From Octopus bimaculoides (Eukaryota): 64,000 nt of DNA. The stretch spans positions 92,845,891-92,909,890 of the forward strand of contig NC_068984.1 of NCBI RefSeq assembly GCF_001194135.2, read 5' to 3'. Below, one piece after another: positions 38,380 through 49,299 of this stretch (the first letter of the stretch is position 1; each line of letters starts with the position of its first letter). A program made the position numbers and the translations under genes. The notes below the pieces were generated by a model. That model was not told the origin of the DNA, ran no database searches, and saw nothing but the letters and a program-made list of their open reading frames with translations.

Positions 38380-40530
38380 GGTGTGAGGGATGGGGTGGGA
38401 TGAGATGGATAAGGAAGGTGGGTTGGAATGTGTAGGGGTGGGGTGGGGTTACGAGGGAGGGGTGACGATGAAGGGGGAAGGGAGAAGGTGGGTAGGAGTG
38501 AAGAGAAGAGAGAAGGAGAGTAGGAGTGAAGAGAAGAGAGGAGAGTAGGAGTGAAGAGAAGTAGGAGTTGGAGCAAGAGAGGAGGTGGGTGGAGGAAGTA
38601 GGTGTGAGGGGAGAGAGGAGAGGGGAGGAGGTTAGATAAAGAGGGGAGGAGAGTTCAGCTCATGTGGCACAAAGGAGTGAAGAGAGAAGATTAATCCCTG
38701 TTCATGGCACAAACGGGAGCCCAGATGGCCCCTGTACAAGGACAATCTGAACGCAGACAGGTGTTGCAAAGAGTGACCGGTAGAGCGGAAATGGCATGAG
38801 ACGAGGGTGTCATTGCCAATTTGGATGTCTCGGAGGTGTTCCACGAACCGGTGAGCCAAGCGGCATCCCGCTTGCCTGATGTATAGAGAAGGGCAGAGAG
38901 AGAGAGAGCAGGAGATGCAGTAGATGACATTAGTGGAAGTGCAGGTGAAGGAGTCGGTGATGTGTTCCGGTGAGGAGGGTGGTTTTGGAGAGGTAAGGGC
39001 AAGTGTGGCTGCATGGGCAGGAGCAGGGAAGGAGCCGGGTTGGGAGGTTGGGTTAGGGAAGAAGCTGTGGACCAAGAGGTCTCATAGGTTGTGGGCTCGT
39101 TTGAAGGAGGGGAGTGGTCGGTTAGGGAAGATGTGCAAAGTAGAGGGGTCGGACTGGACTCATCAAAAGGCTCAGAGAATGATGCGTTGGAGAGGTAGGT
39201 AGGTTAGGGGAAACAGGAGACGGGAGATGGCAGAGCGTGTGCGGGGGAAGAGAGCAGATACACGGTCCACGGAACATGCTCTGGCAAGGGCGGTGTGGAT
39301 AGTGGTGAGGGGATATTCACATAAGATGAAGTGGCGAGCCATGAGTTGAGACTGAGTCTCAAAGTCAAGGTAGTCACTACAGGGCCTGCGTAGACGGAGG
39401 AATTGGGAATAGAGGATGGAAAGCTTGGTGTGTTTAGGGTGGGAGGAGGAGAAGTTGAGGTATGAGTGTGAGTCTGTGTGTTTGTAGTGGATGGAGGTGG
39501 TGAGAGTGGAGTGATGAATGCTGACCGAAATGTCAAGAAAGGAGACAGAGGTGTCAGAGATAGTGCAGGAGAAGTGGACAGCAGGATGGAAAGATTTGAC
39601 AAAAGAGACGAAAGAGTCTAGATGTTCACAGGAGAGTGAGGTTGCACCAATACAGTCATCAATATAACAGCTGTATAGTTCAGGAGTGAGTGGGACCAGT
39701 GAAACTTGAGAATATTTAGGCCTCGACATAGCCAACAACAGGTTCGCATAGTTGGGGCCCATTCTTGTTCCCATGGCCACTCCCAAGAACTGCTGGTAAA
39801 AATCACCAGCAAACGAGAAGCAGTTGAGTGAGAGGACAAGTTTGGCCAGACGAACGAGTGTGGAAGTGTCGGGTTGGGGGTTAGGTCGAAGGTCAAGGAA
39901 ATGGTGGAGTGCACGCAGTGTAAAGGCTCTGGATGTCGAGAGTGAAGAGAAGTTTAGAGGGGCCAGAAGGGAAGGAGAAACAGTCGAACAAATGAAGCGT
40001 GTGGTTGGTGTCATGGATGTGAGAGAGGAGGGAAGCCACTAGGGGGGCAAGAACACAGTCAAGATATCTGGAGATGAGTTTGGTGGGGCAGTTGCAGGTA
40101 GAGATGATGGGGAGGCCAGGGTTGTTGGGTTTGTGGATTTTGGGGAGGAAGTAAATAGTGGGTGTGCGAGGGATGCGGACAATGAGGTTGGAGGCAGTGG
40201 GGGCAGACAGGAGGAGGAGATGAGGTCATGGATAGTGGAGGATACAGTCTGTTGGTAGCTGGGCATGGGGTTGGAGGGAAGAGGGAAGTAGAAGGAGGTG
40301 TCTTGAAGTTGGCGGAGAGTTTCTGCCTTGTAGAGGTCTGCACACCACACCACCATGGCTCCACTCTTGTCGGCTGGTTTTATGATGTCAGTGCAGCACT
40401 GGAGACATCGAAGGGCTGAGAGTTTGGCTGGGGACTTTTTTGATAGTCCGGTACAGTTCTCTTTTCTGTGGTCCCTAAAGGTGGATTCACGGTTCGAAAT
40501 TCGCGATTTAAACTGGTTTTGCATGCAACC
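38380..40530 (-). mobile_element. Penelope/Poseidon-like element (RT + GIY-YIG + CT-rich tail)
   Basis: IKPADKSGA, GVAMGTRMGPNYANL, YIDDCIG, FLDISVSI, FTCTSTNVIYCISC...LY..RLAHRFVEHLRDI. Confidence 0.9.
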
Positions 40531-40655
40531 TATATATATAAATCTTGATGAGTCCTGCGTAATAATTGTTGCCTGGTATACGTCTTTCTTTTTACAATTT
40601 CTTTCTAATTTACAAGCATATATATGATAAGCATTTATCCTATAACTTTGTAACT

Positions 40656-40757
40656 TAATTTTGTACCCCTACATGTATCTATCTACTCGTAATTTTGTAC
40701 CCCTACATGTATCTATCTACTCGTAATTTTGTACCCCTACATGTATCTATCTACTCG
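40656..40757. repeat. Three perfect 34-bp tandem copies
   Basis: taattttgtacccctacatgtatctatctactcg x3. Confidence 0.95.
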
Positions 40758-41439
40758 TAGATCATAATACTTATTTTTAATATATTTACATGCATTGGAC
40801 TTATATAATGTGCATTTTTATTCATTACAATCATATATAGCCATACCCTATCCTTATCACACAACTTTTTATATATACAAAATATTCCTTTTGCATAGCA
40901 TTATCTTACACATTCAATAACTTTATGATTAATCTATCTACCTTTTATTTTTAACATTAATTTCTCTCATTATATCCCATACTTGATCATTTTTATTTTT
41001 TCTTCTTATTTATCTCCCCTACACTAGTAAAATTTCATTTCCTTTTCACCCTCTCTAATTTATTACCTTACTGCTTCTATATTTCTCTTCTTACTACATC
41101 TCCTAAAATATTCTCTTATCTCTATTCTTAACAATAGACTTTGTCAGTATATACAACCTTAATCATCATATTTCCGTTTGAATTACCACTTTTCCTCTTC
41201 TTCTCCTTTATTATACTTCCATGTTACCTTAATACGGATCGTGAGTTAACAGGAGTCCTTAATCCACTTCAACTTCATTCTTTTGAATTCTTCCTTCCAA
41301 TATATTTTCATAAATGACTTCATTAACTTTCTAGTATAAGCTTCACAAACATAACTTTTGGAAAAAAAATAGTTCAATGGGTGTAAAAAAAAGTGTGTAG
41401 GAAACGAATATGAAAAAAGAAAATGTGTGCAAAGCAACG

Positions 41440-41640
41440 GGAGGGTGGGGAGAGGACCTCAGAAAATTCACAAGATCCGAGATTTTCCTTCATAACTTTT
41501 AGGAAAATGGTTTTTTTTTTCAATGAAAAAGGCATACATTACGATTATAAAGAAATTTGTGGGTAAAATCTTTTCCAAGGGGCAAGGTGAGGACTTCGGA
41601 AAATTCACAAGATCCGAGTTTTTCCCTCATAACTGGATAT
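41440..41640. repeat. Dispersed direct repeat, probable DNA-transposon remnant
   Basis: gaggac.tc.gaaaattcacaagatccgag.ttttcc.tcataact at ~41452 and ~41590; neighbouring 41380-41435 resembles the reverse complement of 44888-44940. Confidence 0.5.
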
Positions 41641-41717
41641 ATATATGTGTGTGTGTATATATATATATATGTGTGTATATATATATGTGTATATATATAT
41701 GTGTGTATATATATATG

Positions 41718-42629
41718 TGTAAACGACCGTGCGAAGTGAGGTGACGAGAATGGCTCCCTTGCACATCACACAGTCGATACTATAAATATGAAAAGAATAA
41801 ATGCGTATATGTGCCAGAAGGAAAAGAGGGAACAACTGGGTAAGATTTTATTTATATGTTAACGTGTGTGCATCATACATAATAATAGACAGGCCGTCAT
41901 GAGAATAAGGTGTGTGTGTACAAACATGGATGTATTCATGTGCGATAAGTACAGAGCATTGAAAGAGTCTATAATATGACGTTAGAAGAATGTTCAGACA
42001 CAAGGATGATAAATACCAGTTTGTAGTCAAGGTACACGATAGTTGAAATGCTGTATCAAGAAGTTGTGGCAGTAATGCAGAGCCGGTTGAGGTACATGTT
42101 GTACAAGAAGCTGTGGCTATGATGCTGCTGCTGGTCACTTGGTACAGAAAGTTCTCGCAGGTTGTATTTGCTGTTAACCATGGTGAAGTGATTCACAAAC
42201 AATGTTGTGTTGGAACCTGTGCAAGCATTGCTTGTTGCTGTGTACTTAGAGAGATGATGTTGATGTTAGGACAAATGGTAGCAACAGAGATGGAGGTCCT
42301 GAATGCTGCTGGACGAATTTGATGAGTCTCCATGTGGCTGCTGCTGTGTTGTTGCTGGAACTGGTTGTGTCCTATGTGGTCAGTGGCTAGACCTTAAAAG
42401 GCCTGGAACTGAATGATCTCGACTCGATGTGAAGCTAGAGTTTTATAGGGTGCAGCTGGCTCACTGGAGGTTTAGAAGAGACTGTCTCACGTGACCTTAT
42501 CATAAGGTTGTGATTGGTTGAGTTGCATATTGGCACGCAATAGAGCAAGAGACAAGTTGCCCCAAACTAACCAATCATAGTAGTGGACACAACAGGGTCC
42601 AAAAGGGTGGCCGAAGGCTAGCTGTTACC
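41718..42629 (-). mobile_element. Probable solo LTR (~910 bp)
   Basis: Minus-strand termini (G/T)GTAAC...TTTACA; internal CCAAT (42517-42513), E-box TCACGTGA (42487-94), TATAAAA (42447-41), AATAAA (41852-47); no convincing TSD. Confidence 0.45.
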
Positions 42630-42656
42630 TACTATGTCCGTATTTATGTATATATA

Positions 42657-42699
<43 letters not shown>

Positions 42700-42704
<5 letters not shown>

Positions 42705-43250
42705 GGGATAAAATAAAAAATTACAGGTAAAAAATCAATTAAAATCTATTTATTAAAAATTAAAATTAAATTAAGTTTCACAGTATAAAATATATATAAA
42801 AATATAGTTTTAGGGAAAAGAACCAAGGTTCATGAACTCATTGATGAAAATCCACTGTCACATATAGAAAAATTAATAAGTAAAAGCACAATAAATAAGT
42901 ATAATATAATACAAAGTAAATATCATAAGATAAAGATAATAAAATGACTCCACGTGTTTCATAACCAATTTTCAAATAGAAAGAAAATTTAAATCGATTA
43001 AATTAAAACTATCAAAAATCAATTCTATTCAAAAATATAGCTAATCTTCGGGTCAAAATACAACAACAATAATAATAAAAGAATGTATATATCAACCAAC
43101 AATAAATAATAAATGAATGTATATAAAATATTTATTATATAAAGATAGAAAAATATTATTAAAAATATCAAAATAATAAACATTCCATAATCAACCCTAC
43201 TTTATTATAATATAAGCTAACAGGTATATTATATGCAAAAACCAACTTAA
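42700..43250 (-). mobile_element. AT-rich non-autonomous pLTR-like element with degenerate hammerhead
   Basis: Shares GAAACACGTG motif with 29213; its tattagggataaaa...ttacaggtaaaaa start recurs at 58926. Confidence 0.5.
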
Positions 43251-43255
43251 CAATA

Positions 43256-43650
43256 GGCATAGGAGTGGCTGTGCAGTAAGAAACTTGCTTCCCAACCACA
43301 TGGTTCCGGGTTCAGTCCTACTGTGTGGCACCTTGGGCAAGTATCTTCTACTATAACCTCGGGCCGACCAAAGCCTAGTGAGTGGATTTGGTAGACGGAA
43401 ACTGAAAGAAGTCTGTTGTATATATATGTGTGCGCGCGCGCGCGTGTATGTATGTATTTGTGTGTTAGTACCCCGCCATCGCTAGACAACCGATGTTGAT
43501 GTGTTTATGTCTCCGTAACTTAGTTTTTCGCTAAAAGCGACCGATAGAATAAGCACTAGGCGTACAGAGAATAAGTCTTGGGGTCAATTTGTTCGACTAA
43601 AGGCGGAGCTCCAGCATGGTCGCACTCAAATGACTGAAACAAATAAAAGA
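43256..43650 (+). mobile_element. SINE family A, full length
   Basis: A-box-like TGGCTGTGCAG, B-box GGTTCAGTCC, central microsatellite, tail gactgaaacaaataaaagaata. Confidence 0.9.
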
Positions 43651-45245
43651 ATAATACTTCCAAAATGGGACTTTGTCCATGTGTATCTGTATGTATCCAT
43701 GTTTGCAATTCTCCATATAAATGATAGCAAAGTGTGTCTCAAATGAAATGAAAATCCTGGTTCAATGACAGATCGATCAAGTTACTAAAGTTTTTATGTT
43801 GTTGGTAACAACATAGTCTCTCTTTTAATTGAATATTGAAAAAGTGAGAAAATGCAAGGGGATTTAATTTTAGCGGCAAGGAGTAAACTTCTTGTTTCGT
43901 TATCACAATTAAGAAGAAATTCAGAAGTGTAACCTTGTGCAAGTTCATTTCCGTAAATATTTTTCTTGAACACCAACATCCCCCCCACACACACACATAT
44001 ACACACGCAGATACACATGGATGAAGTCCTATTTTGGAAGTATGTTAAAGTTTTTATTATTTTGGAATGAAGAACACAAATATAGGTGCTGAGCCAGTGA
44101 CTAAACTTGTAGTAATTTGTTGGGATTACTCCAATGAATTGACAGTAAGCTTCTATCAGAATCGTTTACCTTTAAAGTGAAAAAAAAAAAAAAATCCGAT
44201 GTATATGATAGGTATGTAAAATATATTTTGTGTACTTCTTTCTCTGTTCACTCGGATAAGCTGTAGAAATTGTTGCATGCACGCACACACAAACACAAAA
44301 GTTCTCCAGACATTTAGCTGTTATTTCTAGCANNNNNNNNNNNNNNNNNNNNNNNNNNNNNNNNNNNNNNNNNNNNNNNNNNNNNNNNNNNNNNNNNNNN
44401 NNNNNNNNNNNNNNNNNNNNNNNNNNNNNNNNNNNNNNNNNNNNNNNNNNNNNNNNNNNNNNNNNNNNNNNNNNNNNNNNNNNNNNNNNNNNNNNNNNNN
44501 NNNNNNNNNNNNNNNNNNNNNNNNNNNNNNNNNNNNNNNNNNNNNNNNNNNNNNNNNNNNNNNNNNNNNNNNNNNNNNNNNNNNNNNNNNNNNNNNNNNN
44601 NNNNNNNNNNNNNNNNNNNNNNNNNNNNNNNNNNNNNNNNNNNNNNNNNNNNNNNNNNNNNNNNNNNNNNNNNNNNNNNNNNNNNNNNNNNNNNNNNNNN
44701 NNNNNNNNNNNNNNNNNNNNNNNNNNNNNNNNNNNNNNNNNNNNNNNNNNNNNNNNNNNNNNNNNNNNNNNNNNNNNNNNNNNNNNNNNNNNNNNNNNNN
44801 NNNNNNNNNNNNNNNNNNNNNNNNNNNNNNNNNNNNNNNNNNNNNNNNNNNNNNNNNNNNNNNNNNNNNNNNNNNNNNNNNNNNGTTTGCGCAAATTCTT
44901 TTTTTTTCATATTCGTTTTCTACACAGTTTTTAACACCCGGCAGACTGGGCTTTTTTTCCCGTTAACGTGAGTCATTCTTTATATTAACCGAAAAATCTT
45001 ATTACCAATTTTATTTAGTGTCATTAGCGGTCAACATACAAATAAACTTTCTCTTTATAAGTATATAGATATTTATTCCAGGGAAGCTTCTTTTTCCCAT
45101 TATCAAACTTTAAGATTATTATAAATTTTGTTTATGCCTATATCTTTCGAAACATAAATCATTTATTCTTCAAGACGTATGTATTCTTGATATCAAAAGC
45201 AAAATGCTAACGTGTTTGTGTAGATGAAGGAAAAACTCGTCTTAC

Positions 45246-45833
45246 CTGCATTATGAGTGGTTCGGGATTAACAATGTTTGTAGTTATCAAATGAAGAAGG
45301 TTGTTAACAGATTTATCGTCTGGAAGAGTCAATTTATCAACATAATGTTTTAAAATGCTTTTGTACAGTCTCTGTGATGGGCAGCGAAATAAATCAGAAG
45401 ACAACATAAGCAACGGACGAATAGCTTCCAGCACATCAAACTCATGGCTAGCAAGCAGTTTTTTGAAGGACTTCTTCACGTTACAACTGTCACTTGTGGA
45501 ATTTGATATAATTCGACATATTTCTTTTCTAGCTTGATAAATTTCAAAATCATGTCCAAGTTTCTTAAGTACAATACTTTTATTGTTATAATGAGCAAAG
45601 TAGACGTTTTTCACATTGGCAAACTGGAGAATTGTCAATGATGACAATGTGTTGAGCACGACTGAACCATTCAATAGCGGACGACAGAAGTCTTCACCGT
45701 AGCAAACAGGACACAACTCAATGTCTGTCAGTTGATGATTAACTATAGTAAACTTAAATGCGATCAAGAAAAATAAAGTAACTAATATAAATAATTTAAG
45801 TCTCTTTACAATGCAAATTATCTTTCGCAACAT
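45246..45833 (-). CDS. DIPK2A: DIPK2A/C3orf58-like divergent protein kinase, coding exon 1 (196 codons)
   Basis: ORF MLRKIICIVKRLKLFILVTLFFLIAF (hydrophobic signal/anchor)...CPVCYGEDFC...NVKNVYFAHY...IVLKKLG...NPEPLIMQ matches DIPK2/FAM69-type motifs; exon ends CAG|GTAAG (donor GT at 45245-45244), phase 0. Could be a DIPK2A/B co-orthologue. Confidence 0.93.
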
Positions 45834-45837
45834 GTTT

Positions 45838-45876
45838 CTTCTTCTTCTTCTTCTTCTTCTTATTATTATTATTATT
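45838..45876 (-). repeat. Compound (AAT)5(AAG)8 microsatellite 4 nt upstream of the DIPK2A ATG
   Basis: Plus strand (CTT)8 45838-45861 then (ATT)5 45862-45876. Confidence 0.95.
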
Positions 45877-46449
45877 AGATATTTAATAAGATTACCTTAA
45901 TGTTTTTGTTACGATTTCAATGAATACAAAGACATTTTATTTACTAGTCCTAAAATATTTTGTTATATATATAAAAAGAAAAAAAAAAACGAAACAGGAT
46001 ACATAGTTGTTACAGACTCCTTGAGCTACAAAACTTGACATATTTTCATTTATCCGATGGTTGGTAAACATTGCTCCAGTAATTTATATATATATATAAA
46101 TATATATATACATGATACAATATAATGATTGAAGAAGTGCGGGATTGTGTCCAGTTTTTTTTTTCCGAACGGTATTAAAAAAGTCATATTACTTTGGAGA
46201 AATTATTAATGAATATTAAAAAAATTTTAAACTATAAAGTTTATTTGTATATTAAACAAATTATAATGTTTAATACCACAAGATTCGCTTCGGTTTTAAA
46301 TGTCAACTTCCGTTTGAATTCCATATGTAAACAAATAGTTTTCTCTTCGCGTTCGTAAAAAATGTAATAAAGCGAGAAAAAGAAACAAAACAAAACGAGT
46401 AAATTATTTTTAACCGTATTACAAACCAAAGAATATCTTACATGGCGAT

Positions 46450-46935
46450 CTTTCGTTTTGACTCGAATTCTATAAACATACTACTCGGTAATTTCTGTGA
46501 GCACATGTTGTCTTGTCAACTGTCAGCTGCGTGCTAGTTCTGTTGACGTATCGAAGTGGAAAGAGAAAGCTAATGAGTTGCACGTCTGTGTGTATGTGTG
46601 TGTATGTGTGCGCGCGCGTGCCAGTAAGAACAAATATGCAAGGCTTTTTTCTTCAAGTTTAAAATGCAACATTGTTAGCGTAATTTCGTCATATCTACAT
46701 TCCACACACACAAATACGTAAAAACAGAACAAGTATACACAAACACACACATACACACACACAAGAACAGGCACACATACACACGCACATACATACACAA
46801 GAACAGACGTACAACCAATTAGCTTCCTCTTCCCACTTTGATATGACAAAAGAACACATACGCAGGAGTTGACAAGATATGTGCTCACGGGAATTACTGA
46901 GTAGTATGTTTAAAAACTTCGAGTCAAAACGAAAG
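46450..46935. repeat. Long imperfect inverted repeat (~145-bp arms), MITE/foldback-like
   Basis: 46450 ctttcgttttgactcgaa...aaacatactactc.gtaatt...gtgagcacat mirrors 46935 back to ~46790; TG/CA microsatellite spacer. Confidence 0.85.
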
Positions 46936-46987
46936 AATACCTTGTTCTATTTGACGTATCGAAGTGGAAGAAGAAAGCAACGGGCGT

Positions 46988-47022
<35 letters not shown>

Positions 47023-47147
47023 CTTGTTGTTGTTGTTGTGTGTGTGTGAATGCGTGCTTGTTCTTGTGTGTCCGTGTATGTGTTTGTTCTGTTTGTATGT
47101 ATGGGTGTGCGTATGTGTGTGTGTTGTGGTGTATGCGTGCGAGTAGA

Positions 47148-47408
47148 TGTAATCGCCTTACCTCGGTTTTCCTTCCAAGTACGAGTCTGTCCTGCGGTAT
47201 CCGTTCCTCGCTGCTCGCCCGACCTAGAACACTAGAAATAGCAGCTGCTTCTCCTAACACCTAGACGATTGCTTGGCACGTCCTCTCCTCGCAACAACCC
47301 CGTTCGAAAAAGGGCACCAAATCCCGATCGAGGCTTGCTCTGCCCTTCTTCCTCTTCCGGTCAATTCGCCGTTCCGGTCAGCTCCCCAGTCGCTGACGTC
47401 ATACCACA
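47148..47408 (-). mobile_element. Gypsy 3' LTR (~261 bp)
   Basis: Follows the integrase and a purine-rich PPT-like gatcagggtggcg; begins TGTGG, ends TTACA; CpG-rich. Confidence 0.65.
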
Positions 47409-47484
47409 CGCCACCCTGATCTTAAAGATCATGTCCGCCCCCTACTCCACTTCGAAGTTCGCCATCCAACTGGCGCCTTACACG

Positions 47485-48292
47485 TCAAGATCTTCTCGAG
47501 CCAGGTGCCTCGTTTCCATCACGCTCTTCATCCGACGAAGTGGCTATCCTGCACAGGTCCAGTACGTGACGCGGCATTCCATCCACGGATACATTGTTTC
47601 TGGAATTGACCGCTGTCACTGTTCCCCTGCCCCATTGTGATGTGCAGCGTGCCTTTGGCGGCTTGACCCAAACTTCCTCCCCTACTTTCACGCCGGCGGG
47701 TCCCTTCTCTTCCTCGCAGTACTCCGGCGTCTTACTGGGATGCCTCCATTCATACTTGAACACTGCTCTGTGCAGCACAGATTCTTCTGCTTGTCCGGAT
47801 CGGGGAGACATGTTATACCAGAAGACCACTTCCAGGGGCGAAATGTGCTTCCTTTCAGCCATGGCCTTGATCGTCCGATGGTGCCTCTCAATGATTCCGT
47901 TGCCGCTCGGCTTATACGCTGCTCTGAACAATCGTCGCACCTTCCACCGGTCAAGCATCTCCCCCAACGCTTCCGAACGAAACGCCGCCCCGTTGTCCAT
48001 TAGCAGTTCTTCCACGGGACCCCTCTCCAAGAATATACCGTTCAAAATGCGGGCAATCTCATCAGCAATGCCTGTCCTCAACTCCCTCCAAATGGCCAGC
48101 CGGCTCGGCCCGCAGTCGACCAGGCTGAGATACATTCCCTGACGGTAGTGCGTCACATCCACAGCTAGTCTCCTCCAGTTGCCCTCTACTGAGAGGTTCC
48201 CTTGCTCATGCCCTCCCAGGGCGGGGTCAATGGACTGGCATCTGTCACAGTTGCCGACCACTTTCTTGACGTTTCTCCTAGTGACGTCAGCA
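47485..48292 (-). mobile_element. Gypsy/Ty3 integrase (rve core), 5'-truncated element
   Basis: Open 258-aa ORF: CDRC zinc-finger end, AVDVTH, VDCG, MDNGAAF, YKPSGNGIIERHHRTIK; D,D35E-type triad apparently retained. Confidence 0.92.
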
Positions 48293-48294
48293 TC

Positions 48295-48898
48295 AAGTTG
48301 AGACCTTTGTTTAGTACTGCTTCTTCAGAGCTTTCCAGATGTTGGCTACTTACATTAATTACTGCTTTCACAGGTGGGTGATGGACTTCAGTCTTCATTC
48401 TCTGACCTTTGAGTTTCATAAACTTCTTAATCTGGCTTGTCTTCACCATTTACAATTCTTTCATGTACAAAGAAATGATCAAGCTCAGTAACAATCTATT
48501 AAGCAACAACTACCCCAAAAACATACTATCTACTCCAATTATGAAGAAAAGAGAGGATGAAACCAATAAACTGTCTACAGTCTGTCTACCCTATGTGAAA
48601 GGCCTCTCCAAAAAGATACAAAAGATATGCAGCCCATATGACATCAGGGCAGTATTCAAGAATAATACAACACTTTGCAAATATCTCCTTTGGGTAAAAC
48701 CACTAAAAGAAGAGAATATGACTAAAAACTGCATGTACTCTATCCCATGCAGCTGTGGTAGGTTATACAAAGGCAAAACATGTCACCTCCTCAAAATAAC
48801 GGTAGATGAACGTTGCAAAGTTGTGACACAAGGAGATATTGATAAATCGGGTATAGCTGATCATGTATGGAAAAATGGAGACCACCTCCCCCCCCCCC
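48295..48898 (+). mobile_element. Penelope-like GIY-YIG fragment with inverted 5' piece
   Basis: Plus: CLPYVKGLS...NCMYSIPCSCGRLYKGKT...SGIADHVW. Minus 48295-48400: VINVSSQHLESSEEAVLNKGLNL, a typical PLE N-terminal motif. Confidence 0.8.
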
Positions 48899-48961
48899 NN
48901 NNNNNNNNGATAGGAAAATATTAGATTTATAAGCCCTAAAATTCACTCCATAATTGCCCAT

Positions 48962-49032
48962 GGGCATATAGCGTAGTGGTTAAGAGCGCAGGCTACTAAC
49001 CCCAAGATTCCAAGTTTGATTCCAGGCAGTGA

Positions 49033-49071
<39 letters not shown>

Positions 49072-49085
49072 TAATAATGACAACA
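48962..49085 (+). mobile_element. Short tRNA-derived SINE (family B) with (AAT)n tail
   Basis: A-box TAGCGTAGTGG, B-box-like GTTTGATTCC, then (AAT)n. Confidence 0.75.
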
Positions 49086-49299
49086 TCAAAAAATACCTTA
49101 AGTTCAAAATACCCAGGTTCAAAATTTCCCCAAGACAAATGTAAATAATGTACATAATTTCTCGTCTCTTAAATATAGAACTGCATAAAATTTGAGTCTG
49201 TTAGATATAGAAAAGAGCACTAGTTAAGACAATGAGGACTGATCCTGCAATCCAGGTGTTGGCAAAAGAGATTGGAATTAAGCCAGCACCTTGAAGCCA

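Noticed and set aside
40545-40590. TTGATGAGTCC, resembling a hammerhead start
   Set aside because: First core C is missing and no GGAC-GAAA partner follows.
48962-49035. Possible tRNA gene
   Set aside because: No convincing acceptor stem or T-arm; a degenerate B-box and (AAT)n tail indicate a SINE.
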